From the NCBI RefSeq assembly GCF_009914755.1, contig NC_060942.1: DNA of 64,000 nucleotides. One strand, 5' to 3'. This DNA comes from the human T2T-CHM13v2.0 reference genome, Homo sapiens. The first letter of the stretch is position 1. Each line of letters begins with the position of its first letter. The position numbers and the translations under genes are program-made. Below, piece by piece: positions 1 to 14,090 of the stretch. Below the pieces are notes generated by a model. That model did no database searches. It worked only from the letters and a program-made list of their open reading frames with translations, and was not told the DNA's origin.

Positions 1-652
1 GCTATTGTGGGGTTAGTGGGTGGTTGCTAATGGTGTCTTAATTTTGTAGCACTTCAGTAATGGTCTGGATACTAAAAACTTTAAAATGCACATACATTGC
101 TTTGAGAAAACACCAGGCTAATAGACCTAGTCAATATCTTGTTGAAAACTCAAACGAAAATGAACAAAGCTGAATTAGGTCCAAATTAAGTAGAATGCAG
201 TTCAGCAAGCTTGAAAAGAAGAACTGAACAGTTGTCAAGGGCAGGAAGGTGAAAAAAGGTGCAAGAGATAAAAATCGAGGAGTCAGGAGCATGGCCACTG
301 GAATCCGGAAGAGAGCACTGTGGACAAAAGGTCAATTTCAGTAACTGGATTCATACGTGGGTGAATCACAGATCACACAGAAACCACTGGGTTCCCTTGC
401 CATTCCATTCAGCGTCGCTTACCTGCATTCTCAAATTGTGCTTCCAACTCTGGGGTTTACACCTGGTAACCTGAAAAACAAAGAACCATGGATTGGTTAG
501 ATTTACATATTAACACTTAGGAAGAGAAGGTATTGCATATTCATTCATTTGTTCATGCCCTACTTCCTACTCCCTATCCCCATCCAATCTTCTGGTCACC
601 TACACTACTCACCTCTGGAGAGGCCGTAGAGCAGTGGTCAAAAGCATGACCT

Positions 653-989
<337 letters not shown>

Positions 990-1569
990 TCACACCTCCA
1001 ACGTTTACTGTAAGTGATGCTGGGCAAGTCACTTAACCTTTTGCGCCTCTGTTTTCTCATCTATAAGGTGGGAATAATGATTCAGAATTATGCGAATTAA
1101 CTGAGTCAATACATGCAAAAGGCTTAGAACAGTACTTGGAACTTAGGAATCACACAATTCCATTAGCTGCTTAATATTATTATTAACATTAATTCATATT
1201 ATTATTACTCTGCTGGGCATTGGGATTGTGGAAAGAATCAGATGTTCTCCCTGTTGTGGCAGAGCTCATGTCTGGTGCGGGAATCTACTAAAATGCTGCT
1301 TGGAAAACATAAAGGAAGAGGTGGGCACAAGTTCTTTGGGGTCCCATAAAAACTTTAATTCTGTCCAGTGGGAAAGCTAAGATTTCAAAGACCAGGGGGC
1401 ATCTGAGTAGCAGAGAGGATGACAGTGATTATTGGCGAAGGGAGCAATATGTACAAAGGTCAGAAAGACGTAAGAGCCTGGCTCCCTTGAGGAACTGTGA
1501 TTGACTCGGTGGAGCTGACATAGGGTATGAGGGACGGATCCTCTGCAGATAAGCTAGAAAGGTAGCTCC

Positions 1570-1860
1570 CCTCACTTCTGGTGCTTGCTAGCAATCTCTA
1601 TCATTTCCTTGCTTGTGGTTGCATCACTCCAATGTCTGCCTTCGTCTGCACGTGGCCATCTTCCTTCTGTGTTTCTGTGTCTAAATTTCCTTTTTATAAG
1701 GACACCACTCACTGATTAAGGTCCACCCTAATCCATTATGAGCTCATGTTAACTTGATTATATCTGCAAAGACCCTATTCCAAATGAGGTCACATTCATA
1801 GGTACCAGGGCTTAGGACTTGAACGTGTCTCTTGGGGAGGGCACAATTCAACCCACAGCA
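1570..1860 (-). mobile_element. MLT1-type MaLR LTR fragment
   Basis: ataaggacacc...gaggtcacattc...cacaattcaacc motifs. Confidence 0.75.
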
Positions 1861-2781
1861 GGGCCTGACCAGTTAGAGCAGCTGGGAGCTGCAGACAGAC
1901 ACACATTTTACATGGATCACTCCCGTGATTTGACGTGAGGAGGCTGGAGGGCTATGAGATGCTGAAGGATCAGTTAGGAGTTTATTGCAAAACAGCAAGT
2001 GAGAACCTCAGAGGCCCGGAAAAAGGCCATGTTTGTGAGAATGCTGAGCCATCAGAAGCGCTGGCCAACCCAGTTGGAATTTTTGGCAAGAATAGTTCAT
2101 AGGCAGAGGGCAATGTGAACTTCCATTAGGAGGCGCATCGTGCCTGGTTATGAGCAGGTACTGACCATCATTTCCTAGATTCGTTATTTCATTAAGTTTG
2201 ATAAAATGGTGACATTCTAATTCCATCATGTCCTCTTCATTTATTAGTGGGATGCTTCTAGAAAAAGTAATTTCCTCTCATCAACTATTTTTATTAACTT
2301 TGATGTACAGTATAAGCAGGAAAATGCTTTTACTTAAAAAAAAAAAACTAGTTTTAAACTACAGAGTTGGTTCTCAGGCATCCTCCTAAAATAACATTAT
2401 TTTTCTTGTTGTTGGCTGTCATTGTTTTTCTGTTTGTTTGACGTCATTTTGAACTCATGGATTTTAGCATATTTGATGTATTTCAGTCCGTGCCAATTAT
2501 TATCCTTGATAATGCCAAAACCATTCTAGTAGAAGCCTCTTCAAGTTGCCTCCTGAGTCCTGTTAATGCAATCCCAGTAATCTTGCCAGTTTTCTTGCTT
2601 TTTTGAACTTCTCCAAGTTGGGTGAAGATTGGTATATTATTGAGTATTAAATTGCATTTCTTTTATTAGTAACAATATGCAGGAGCTTTTCGTGTATTTA
2701 ATTGGGTGTATCGTAAGCGTGCGGCTGACCAGTACATGGATCAAAGTATGTGGCATGCTGCACTCAAGAGTGCACTGAGCA

Positions 2782-2998
2782 ACCAGCCTGGGCAACATAG
2801 CTAGACCCCATCTCTACAAAAAATTTAAAACTTAGCTTGGCATGGTGGTGTGCACTTGTAGTTCTAGCTACTTGGGAGGCTGAGGTGGGAGGATTGCTTG
2901 GGCCCAGATGTTTGAGGCTGCAGTGAGCTTTGATTACACCACTGTACTCCAGCCTAGGTAACAGAGCGAGAGCCTGCCTCTATTAAAAAAAAAAAAAA
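2782..2998 (+). mobile_element. 5'-truncated AluJ
   Basis: Alu right arm with J-type AGGATTGCTTG...GCTGCAGTG and an A tail. Confidence 0.85.
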
Positions 2999-4099
2999 GT
3001 GCACCGAATTATCAACCAGGAGCCCTATTCTCTAATCTTGCCATTGGCATGACCTATAACAAAGTCACATATCTTTCTGGATCTTCCTTTCTTCCTTATT
3101 AAATTAAGAGGTGTGGCTCTATAGTCTTCCAATCCCCCTGTCAAGCTAAAATGCTGAGATCTTTATTTCTGGCTCCTATGTGCCCCAGACCTCATATAAA
3201 AGTTTTTTTTTTTTTCAATAGAGCCAATTGAATAATTGTATAACTAAGTTCAATTTAATTTTTGTGTTTGTGCAAGTTATTTTATCAAATTAATTTGTAA
3301 AACAAAAAAACTGTTAGATTACATGTCCTTTTTAAATATTATTATTATTTAAAAATATGGTCACTGAACTGATGAAGGCCACATTGATTGACCCTTCTGC
3401 CTGCTCTTTCAGAAGCTGCAGCCAACTGGCAAATAGCTTCCCCAGCCTCCTGCTGAAGCATCTGCTAATGCTCTGCAGATTACTGTGTCCCCTCCGCCTC
3501 CCCCCACCTTCCCTGTCGCCCTCCATCCTCAGGCTGCTCATTAACTCATTAGAAGCTGCTTTCATAGCAGCTGGAGGGGAGGTTCTGCTGCCTGCTGATT
3601 GTAGCTCAGGGTTTTCAAAGCACCTGCCTTAGTGTCACCTGGAGTCTTCGGTAAATAGGACCGTATTCGTCTACTCGGTGCTTCTCCACAGCATTGAACA
3701 TAACATCAGGAATCAACACAATCCTTGTGAAAATCTTTATGCAATGTCTGTCCCATGCACTGGACAATAAGCTCCACAAGGACAGGCTGTGTCAGGTTTT
3801 GCTGACCTTCGTATCCCTGGCAATCAGCTCAGGACTTAGTACTTTGTGGGCATCCCAAGATTTCCTGGATGCTAAATGCATGAGTGCAGGAGTGACTGAG
3901 TGAATCAGGTTGAACTTGGGGTTGACGTGTATGTCTAGGTGTCCATATATGTGTGTAAATGTATGTGTGTGTGTGTATATATATATATATGAATCTATAC
4001 AATGGGGTCTCCTGTACTAATCTAACATACTCAGAAACTTCAGAGGAGGAGGCTGGCAAGTTCTTCATCCTGTGAGTCTGTGAGCTATTAGGAAAAACA

Positions 4100-4391
<292 letters not shown>

Positions 4392-5467
4392 GAGCACTGG
4401 CCTGGTAGGTCAAAGACCTAGAATCTGCTGCAGACTTGGCCACTCTCCATGACCTGGATGGTTTTGAGCCCATCACTTAATCTGCAGAACAGTGGTCTGG
4501 GGCCAGAGCATCTGTAATGCTCCTTCTAGTGCCAGTATCCTAAGTTTCTCTCTGTGGGGAGTGCTGTGTCACTTACTGAGATAGAGCTCAGATGCTGGCA
4601 GGCTGCCTTCTCAATCTCTGAATGACATACAACATGTTCATTCTACGTATCCACCCTACACAAAACTCTTCTGTAGATTTACAGTTTTCAAAACCAAATG
4701 CTGACTCTCTTGCCTTGCACAATCATTTCTGACTTTTAAGACTATCTGCTTCCCAGGTTTCTCTCTCTCACTCTCAGTCACCTTGTGTCAGCTTTAAATT
4801 ACTGACCCCTAACTGAGTGCCAGGCACTGTTCCCACCACTTGGCAGGTGTCAACCCATTTCCCAAGGATAAAATTCGATCCCACTAGGTTTTGCCCATGT
4901 CACATGCTCGTATTTACAGGCCAACCGTGTCATGTCAATTTCATTTTTCTTTGGCTGATGTGCTACAGCGTGTGGCTTGATTTTACATTGGGGCAGTGTG
5001 GAAAAGGTAACTTAAGCTTGGACACTTAGGTGGGAGTGGAAGACAAACTGCAGGGTCATTGCCCTAAAGTGGGTTAGAGTGTATGGGGAAATTAACCTTC
5101 AAGACGTGGTGGTTATTATACACAATATGAGGTAATATATAAAGTGCGAAATCCCGTGGCATACTTTATAAATCCTCCAAGATACTCTGGAAATACTTTA
5201 TCAATCCTCTCGAGGCCAGGGAATGGAGAGTTGAGTGGGAGCCTGTGTAACCCTCAGGTGTGATGCTTCTCTCCGAATGTCCATGGTGTCCTGACACTCC
5301 ACGGGTCCTGCTGCACAGCAAGAGCAGGCGACCCAGGCTCGGTGCCCCTGAGAGGATGTTTCTAGAAGTCCACTTTCTCCACATCATACCTCTCCTCCCT
5401 GCCACACACTCCATTCTATTTCTTTGCTACTTAAAGTAACAAAGTGATCTTGAATAAATACATTAAA

Positions 5468-5772
5468 ATTTTATTTTATTTTTTTGAGACGGAGTCTTGC
5501 TCGGTCGCCCAGGCTGGAGGCCAGTAGCAGGATCTTGTCTTGCACTAGTGCAACCTCTGCCTCTCTGGTTCAAGTGATTCTCATGCCTCAGCCTCCCGAG
5601 TAGCTGGAATTACAGGCATACACCACTACGCTTGGCTAATTTTTGTATTTTTAGTAGAGACAGGCTTTTGCCATGTTGGCCGGTCTGGTCTTGAACTCCT
5701 GACCTCAGGTGATCCACCCACCTCAGCCTCCCAATGTGCTGGGATTATAGGCGTGAGCCATCGCGTCTGGCC
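5468..5772 (-). mobile_element. AluS (Sx-like)
   Basis: Reverse Alu; aaaattttatttt repeated on both flanks. Confidence 0.9.
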
Positions 5773-6389
5773 AAAATTTTATTTTGCTGATGATATAGAG
5801 GCTCATTCTAGAGATTGGAAAGCATAGAAAAGCATAAAGGAGAAGGAAAACAAAAAAGCAACCCCAAACCAGAACACACCCAACTTCACAGTCACTGTTG
5901 GTAAGTCAATTCTGTTTTCTTTCCCCCAGTTCATATCCCTTGAAGACATGACCACCACGCTTCACTCCCCGCCTGTGACACAGAGGAAGCTCTGAGATGA
6001 AGAGTCCTCTCCGCCACCAGAAGCAGCAGCGAAAACCCATCCAAAGGGTTCAAGAAAAACTTTCATTCTGAGAAGAGGAACAGGGTCGGGGAGGCACGCC
6101 GGACTCCACATCATTTCTTCCTTCAATTTTGAAGGAGAGTCGAGGGCTGGACCATCAAGGCTTTAGTCTGAATTCAGGCCTAATGTGAGAATTAAAGAAC
6201 AGAAACCGCCAGACTAACCAGATTCTTCTTCTTCCAGCTGACCTTGAAGATGCTGCAGAAAGATTTTTAAAATAAAACATCTTGAGCTCCCCTTCTTCTC
6301 CCCTCAAACCTTCCCTTTCACCCCTCCTAGATACACACAAACCACAGCTTCACTTTTGTCAAGCTAACTATATGAAGTTTTCTCTCTTC

Positions 6390-7300
6390 TTCCCCCTCTC
6401 TCATTAACTCCACTCCCTCAGCCTCCCTCGATTTTCCAATGATTAAAGTAGTGGGCTTTTTAAAAAGGCCTCCAATTAGCACCTCATCAGCTCCAATTAG
6501 AGGAGACAAAAGCAGTGTAAAGATAACTCAGTGAGAGGGGCCGGCGCAACATCATGTAATCACTTAAGACAAGCACTGAGCATTCTTTTTGCGAACCACG
6601 CTGGGCCTATTCACCTTTCTTTCTTCCTTTTAGATGCATTTAAGACTGTTTTGCTGGGAAGCCAGGCCTCCCAGGAGTCTCATAATTCCTCATTCAGAGG
6701 CTACCTGTTTACAGCTCACAGAGTCCAAGGACCTAAACAATCCTATATTGTCTGCCTAGTGCTTCCTTAAACTCCAGCCCCATAATGGTGTGTTTTCTGC
6801 GGCCAGCCGAATAAGTTAAAGGCTGGCTTTATACTCCCAGAGTGTTCTCCTTGTACTGTCTTCTAATTACAAGGGAGGGCAACAATGTATTTTTTTCAAT
6901 GAGAGTTCTTTGGAGCAGTTAATTTGGTGCCTGTACTAAATGCCCCCAAACATTAATTAGGGTGGAAGGAACCCTAATTTCCTCAGCAGCTTTCCTTTCC
7001 ACTTACTTCCCTTGTTTTCACATAGGCCTGGATGAGTCTCCATAATGAAATTACCTCATTAATGCCTTTATTCACAGTAACTCATTCAAAACCGACCATT
7101 TAGCTTTAATTTAATGCTGTCAAAAGGAAAAAGGTGCATTCATGGCTTTGATTAGCAAAAATGTCTCCCCCCCAAAGGGGTGGACAGATTTAAATTATGA
7201 AGATGGTAAGTAGTGAGTTATAATTGGGCACAAGCAGCACTTCAGGAAGGCTTCCCTGCTTTCAAAGCCTGGGCTGGCCAGGCTGCGGACTATTAACTGT
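6390..7300. promoter_or_regulatory. Putative developmental enhancer rich in homeodomain sites
   Basis: Apparently repeat-free. CTCCAATTAG x2, TTAATTA, TAATGAAATTA, AACAATG, TGTCA, TAATTGG. Motif evidence only. Confidence 0.5.
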
Positions 7301-8089
7301 GTCCAGGGCCTTGTTCTCGGGATTTGAATTGATGGCAACTTCACTATAAAAAAGAAAATGGGGTTTAATTTTTGTTTAATACACAGTGGGGTTGTATTTA
7401 CCCACAGAGCAATAGCTTTTCAATGAGCTCGGGCTTTGTTCCCTGAATAATTTATTATCCACGCTTTCTAACATGAGTTTTGAAGGGCACCACGCATGTC
7501 ACAGTTTCTGGGGAACAGGAAAACCTGAAGTGCACAGACTGAGCAAGTGGGTGGTTGACATAACACCTTGGCCAGGGTAGCACCAGATCGATGAGCTCAA
7601 ATCACAGGATTCATCATCGTTTTTAAAGCTACAGCACACTGGGGAATTTAACCTTGAAAAAATTCTTCCTTCACATTTTCTCATTTGAGACAACAATCCT
7701 ATGAAGTGAGATTCAGATAGTAAGAATCGCCCGGTGAGAAAGCTGAGGCTGAGGGGCCCAAGGGAGTTACTGAAAATCACGGTTAGTGGCAAATGCAGGA
7801 CCAAGCCACTAGTGCATGCAGGGGAAACACAATACTTTGAGTTTTGAGGGTGGAGCTGCTTTTTTTGTAACATCCAGAGGGTCAAGTGTGTTTACATTGG
7901 CTCAACCTCAATTTGTATGTAAAGAAGACAGTCTACATCACCAGGCGTTGCTATCCTAGCTGCAATGTCTATGTTCTATATAAAATGATACAGCACATGG
8001 GTTATGTGTCAGTGAATCATGAATGAATCAAATAGGTCTTTCTGGATCCAAAATGGTGTTCAATCATTGAGCACAAGCTGAGAGAAAGA

Positions 8090-8134
8090 CACACACGCAC
8101 ACAGACGCACACACGCGCGCACACACACACACGC
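8090..8134. repeat. (CA/CG)n alternating purine-pyrimidine tract
   Basis: acacacgcacacagacgcacacacgcgcgcacacacacacacgc. Confidence 0.85.
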
Positions 8135-9271
8135 AGACAGAAATACCTTATAGGAAAGACCAACAGAAGTATGTTTATTTCTAAACCTCAGTCTGGTTCA
8201 GGCAAGATAGGGCTTTCCAGTGATGGGATAAATATAGTAAAAAACAAATAAAACCAGATTGTTCTTTTCTTTCAAAACCAAAAAACAACCAACAAGGCGG
8301 TATGGAGGTTAAACAGAAAGAGTGTGGGACTTGGTGTCAGGTCGGCTTTAAAAATCTCACCTCTGCCATGATCGTGCTACTTCAATGTTCTCAGCCTTAG
8401 TTTTCTCCTTGTTCAAGGGGACGGTAAAACCCACATGGAAGGATGAAATAAGATAACATCTGTCAAGGGCAAAGAAATAAACAGTGACTTGCAAGTTTCA
8501 GAGTGAGGAAAGGATGGTAATAATAACCAAGTATTGAAGCAAGCTAAATGCTTGGAAAAGCATTCCATACATTGGAAGAGCCCTAAGATGCATCAGTTCC
8601 TATATTTTTATGTGAATTCATATAGTATTTAATATTTATGGCTTCTGTGATAATATTTTAAGTGATAACTTAATTATCACCTAAAGTGATAATTTTAAGT
8701 GAAACTTTCAAAATTGGTAGATATTAGGCATGCTATTAAAATACTCTGTGCATTTCTGAGCAAAGATTATTATATTCAGCCTGCACACATCAAGTAGAAG
8801 TAGCTCTGACCTTTTAGAAAATACCAGCAATGGGAAACAGATGTATTTTTTACATCGAGTCATTGCAACTTCATCAGATAATTTGCATATGTTTAACTTC
8901 ATCATTGTTAAAGCTAAGCATGTTATTTACAAAAAAAAATTTTCTTCATCAGCAAGGCAAAATAGCTCCCTTAATTAATATAATATTAGTGTTTTAGCAA
9001 ATAATCCATCACGCCAACATGAAAACCAATATTTTTCTGGCCTTTGGTCAAAATTCGCTGGGCTTGGTCATTGTTGAAGTGGCCCTTCCCCTGTGTGTTC
9101 CTGATCAAGACCCTTATTTTTTGACTTGAAAACATGAAAACACATTCCGGTATTGAATAGCTGGGAAACACCAGGCCTCCTCTGCAAATCTTCTCAGAGA
9201 AAGTTTCTTTTGTGTTGGCTGCTGAATTCCTCCACCTCAGTAAGCAGAGTGACCTTCTCCTTTCCTATTTA

Positions 9272-9273
<2 letters not shown>

Positions 9274-9314
<41 letters not shown>
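9274..9314. repeat. (TG)n microsatellite, ~20 units
   Basis: Perfect GT run. Confidence 0.95.
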
Positions 9315-9315
<1 letters not shown>

Positions 9316-9629
9316 TTGCAAAAGGTTAGAATCCCACCAGCTGGCTTGGCTTGTGAGCCTTCCTGTTTTTATGACACAATGATTACACAATGTAGACAGC
9401 ACTCTCCATTAAATGCAGGATTACATGCAATGGACACATCACTGCAAACCCTACTCCCCTTTCCCTTATTCCAATGGTGCCGTTTTTAGACATGGCATTG
9501 GTATTTTGACACTAAAAGAGAAGAATTTGTGCAGAATTTAGTTATGCACTCCCTCTTTAAATTAGAACTTTCTGCTGTAACATCACTAATATTAATAAAT
9601 CACAATGGTTTAGTCCTAAAATTAGAAAC

Positions 9630-9672
9630 ATTATTATATTATATATTATATTATATTATATTATATTATATT
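9630..9672. repeat. (TTATA)n pentanucleotide repeat
   Basis: About 8 perfect units. Confidence 0.95.
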
Positions 9673-9731
9673 GGCAAAGTATTCCACATGATTCCAAATT
9701 GCAATTTGCTTGGTGGGTATTGGAAAATAGG

Positions 9732-10198
9732 TGTTATTATGAGTTGACTTGTGTTCCCCTGAAAAGATATGTTTAAGTCCTAACCTCAGTGCCTCAGAAT
9801 GTGACCGTAGGGTCATGGCAGATGTAATTTTACAGTAGTTAAGGTGAGGTCATATGGAATAGGTGAGTCTTAATCCAATATGGTGGTGTCCTTATAATAA
9901 GGGAAAACTTGGACAGAGAGACAGATGTGCATGGAGAGAAGACAATGTGAAGGCACACAGCAAGAATTGGAGGGATGCATCTATGAGCCAAGGCACAGTG
10001 CAAAGATGGCTGGCAGGCCACCCGAAGCAAGGAGCAAGGCTTAGCACAGATCTGTCTCTTCATCTTCAGAGGAAGTATGGCCCTGCCAATGCCCTGATTT
10101 TGGACTTGTAGCCTCCAGAACTGTGAGATAATACATTTCTGTCTTTAAATCACCCAGTTTGTGGTTCTTCATTTTAGCAGCCCTAGAAAACTAATATA
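9732..10198 (+). mobile_element. MLT1-type solo LTR
   Basis: TGTTAT...gaatgtgacc...cagccctagaaaactaata termini. Confidence 0.8.
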
Positions 10199-10334
10199 GG
10201 GGCTAGACAAATATTTTTAGAATTGATTATTTAACCTCATTATAAGTAATGGGCATTACAGTCATCATGAATATGGGTGATTTATTATATAAATTATATA
10301 ATATATATATAATATGGCCTTATTAGAGCAACAT

Positions 10335-10659
10335 TTATTTATTTATTTTTATTTTTATTTTAGTTTAGTTTTTGAGACAGAGTCTTGCTCTGGTGCCCAG
10401 GCTGGAGTGCAGTGGTGGATCTCAGCTCACTGCAACCTCCACCTCCTGCGTTCAAGTGATTCTTGTGCTTCAGCCTCTCTAGTGACTGGGATTACAGGTG
10501 TGAACCACATCACCACACCCAGCTGATTTTTGTATTTTTAGTAGAGATGGGGTTTTGACACACTGGCCAGGCTGGTCTCAAACTCCTGGCCTGAAGTGAT
10601 CTGCCTGCCTCAGCCTCCCAAAGTGCTGGGAATGCAGGCATGAGCCACAGCGCCTGGCC
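10335..10659 (-). mobile_element. Alu (S/J)
   Basis: Reverse Alu with a (TTTA)n tail. Confidence 0.9.
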
Positions 10660-11365
10660 TATTTTTTGTTTGTATAATCCTTTTCTTCCTAAGATCTTCA
10701 AGCAATAACAGTTTGATCATTGATAGAAAATATATTTCTGAGGCACTCATTTGATACCTTCTCCTTCTTCTCTCCCTACCCCATTCTCCTCCCTACCTCT
10801 TCTTCCCAAATGTGTCATCTATAGGCTGCTTCAATATCTTGCCTTTACTGTATGGTGTTCTTGACCATAGAGAGAACGCCAGATGTCAGCGTGACCTTCT
10901 CACTACTAAAAGGAAATTATTTTGATCTCTCATTGGTAAATGAATATAATATATACATTTTAAAATATACATATAAGAGAAATGATATATTTATAACAAT
11001 GACACATATTTAGCATTGGATAAAAATAATATCTGACATTCACTGAACACTCACTATGACCAGGAACTAAACTACAGCTTTACACATATTTTCTCAACTT
11101 AATTCTCCAGAAAGTCCTATAAGGCCCCTGGCATTATAATATCATTATACTCTTAAAAGACGAGGAAACTGAGGCACAGAGAGTTGACATTCTGTGTGAC
11201 AGTAAGCTACGATGCAACACAGTGCGCTAGAACTCCAGCTTGAGAGCTTTGCCTTTCTCCTGTCCAGAAATGCTAGCCTCCTTCTACTCCTTCAAATCAG
11301 AGCCGAAAGCAATGGCTAGCTTTTCTCCGTAATGCAAGTTTCTCATACTATTTACATACAGCATT

Positions 11366-11659
11366 CTTTTTTTTTTTTTTTTTTGAGATGGAGTCTTGCC
11401 CTGTCGCCCGGCTGGAGTGGTGTGATCTCGGCTCACTGCAACCTCCGCCTCCTGGGTTCAAGCAATTTCCTTGCCTCAGCCTCCCGAGTAGCTAGGACTA
11501 CAGGTGCACACCACCACAGCCGGCTAATTTTTTTGTATTTTTGTAGAGACAGGGTTTCACCATGTTGGTCAGGATGGTCTCGATCTCCTGACCTCGCGAT
11601 CCGCCCGCCTCGGTCTCCCAAAGTGCTGGGATTACAGGCGTGAGCCACCGCGCCCAGCC
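11366..11659 (-). mobile_element. AluS (Sc-like), flanked by MIR fragments and a (TCTG)/(CCTA) repeat at 11668-11730
   Basis: Reverse Alu; MIR core gaggaaactgaggcacagagag at ~11162. Confidence 0.88.
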
Positions 11660-13234
11660 ATAGAGCGATCTATCTGTCTGTCTGTCTGTCTGTCTATCTA
11701 CCTACATACCTACCTACCTATCTCTCTCTCACCACCAAAAAGCAGGAAAACTAATATTAGGAGGAAAACTAATATTAATAAGCACAACTTATGGACTGAG
11801 CATTGGGCTGTGTGCTTTGACACGTTGCCTCTTTGGTCCCCTCAGCAGCTTGGTGAGGCAGGCATTGTTATGCCCGTTTTTACATGTGTTGAAACTTAAG
11901 GGATTCACCAATGCTGCACAGTGTGTGAGGAACAGAGCTGGATTCCAATACAATTTTACCTGAAGCACATGCTCTTTGCAGGACAATGTGTGTTCTAGGA
12001 GGAAACAAAGGCCAAGAGCGCTTTCAAATGACACGGCGGTGAGGACCATCCAGCAGGTCTCCGGAGAGGGCTGATGTGCGGATTCGGCTAGGAGAGCACA
12101 GCCTTAGAGGACCTGGACAGGAAGGAGGAGAACCCTTCAGTGGAAACAAGCTTGGAGAAAAGTCAAAACAGGATTTGTACCCTCTGATCTTAGAAATAGT
12201 CCTAACAATCAAGTAATGTTGACAGTTTAAGAAACTCTAAGGCTGCTCAGCCAGAAGCAAGAGCTGGTGCAAGTGACACCATGGTAAGTGTGAAGGGTCC
12301 CTCCTCTGCCAACAGGGAGCTGAGCAGGGATTTCTGGGAAGAGGAACTTAGGATTACGAGGCATGGGGAATCTTGAATGAGGCAGAACTGAGAAGCAAGT
12401 GAAAATTTTCTTCATAAATAAGTGGGACACAAAGTTGAAAGTGCCTACCAAGTTCAAGGGCTGGTACATAGTAAGTGCTTAATAAATACCCATTTCCCTC
12501 CATCTCTTCTCTTTTATATAATGGGGCATTGCAACCAGTGTTATCGAAGCAGGGAAATAAAGCAGCGAATCCTGTTGTAATCAAAAAGTGATGTGAAAGA
12601 TGTTTAAAGAATTTTGTAAATTCTTCAGACAAATTTAAAATACACATGATGTGAGCTTGAAGGAGCTTCAGAGCCATGAGTTTCAAACAAGGCTTTAAAA
12701 AATGTGGGCTGGACATACCCAGTGGTCTTGGACATGACCTCTTCTAGCCCTGAAAGCCCACGTCACCTTGTTGCTTGCTCCTTTAAGCAGTCTGCCTTAG
12801 ATACAATTTATTTGTGTCTATAAATTATCTCCTTTAACAGGCTGTAAGCCCCCAGAGGGCAAGGGTACCCTCTATTCATATTCAGTTTTGTTTATTTGGT
12901 CCACAATTACTTTACTTGGTACCTTGGCCCAAGTATTCTCATTCCTATCTTTTCTACATTATGTACATACCTGCCTTTGCCAATAAGATAGGAACTCCTC
13001 AACGGCAAGCGCCAGTGCACAGGTACATGCTTACTACCACTTCCTGCTCTGGAGCACTGGAAAAATTAATCTACATTTCAAAGCCACCCTTGTTCCTGGC
13101 AAAATTCTCTTGGATCTGTGCTGGTTTCCTCCCTTGGGTCAGGGCCAAATTTTAACCCTTGTTGTGCATGAAGTGTTTCCATGACATAACTCAGTACTGT
13201 GTATGTCGTAGGTAGTCAGCAAATAATTGTTGTA

Positions 13235-14090
<856 letters not shown>

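Noticed and set aside
5898-5932. Adjacent + strand donor (TTG|gtaagt) and acceptor (ttttctttcccccag|)
   Set aside because: About 29 nt apart, too short for a spliceosomal intron, and no partner sites were identified.
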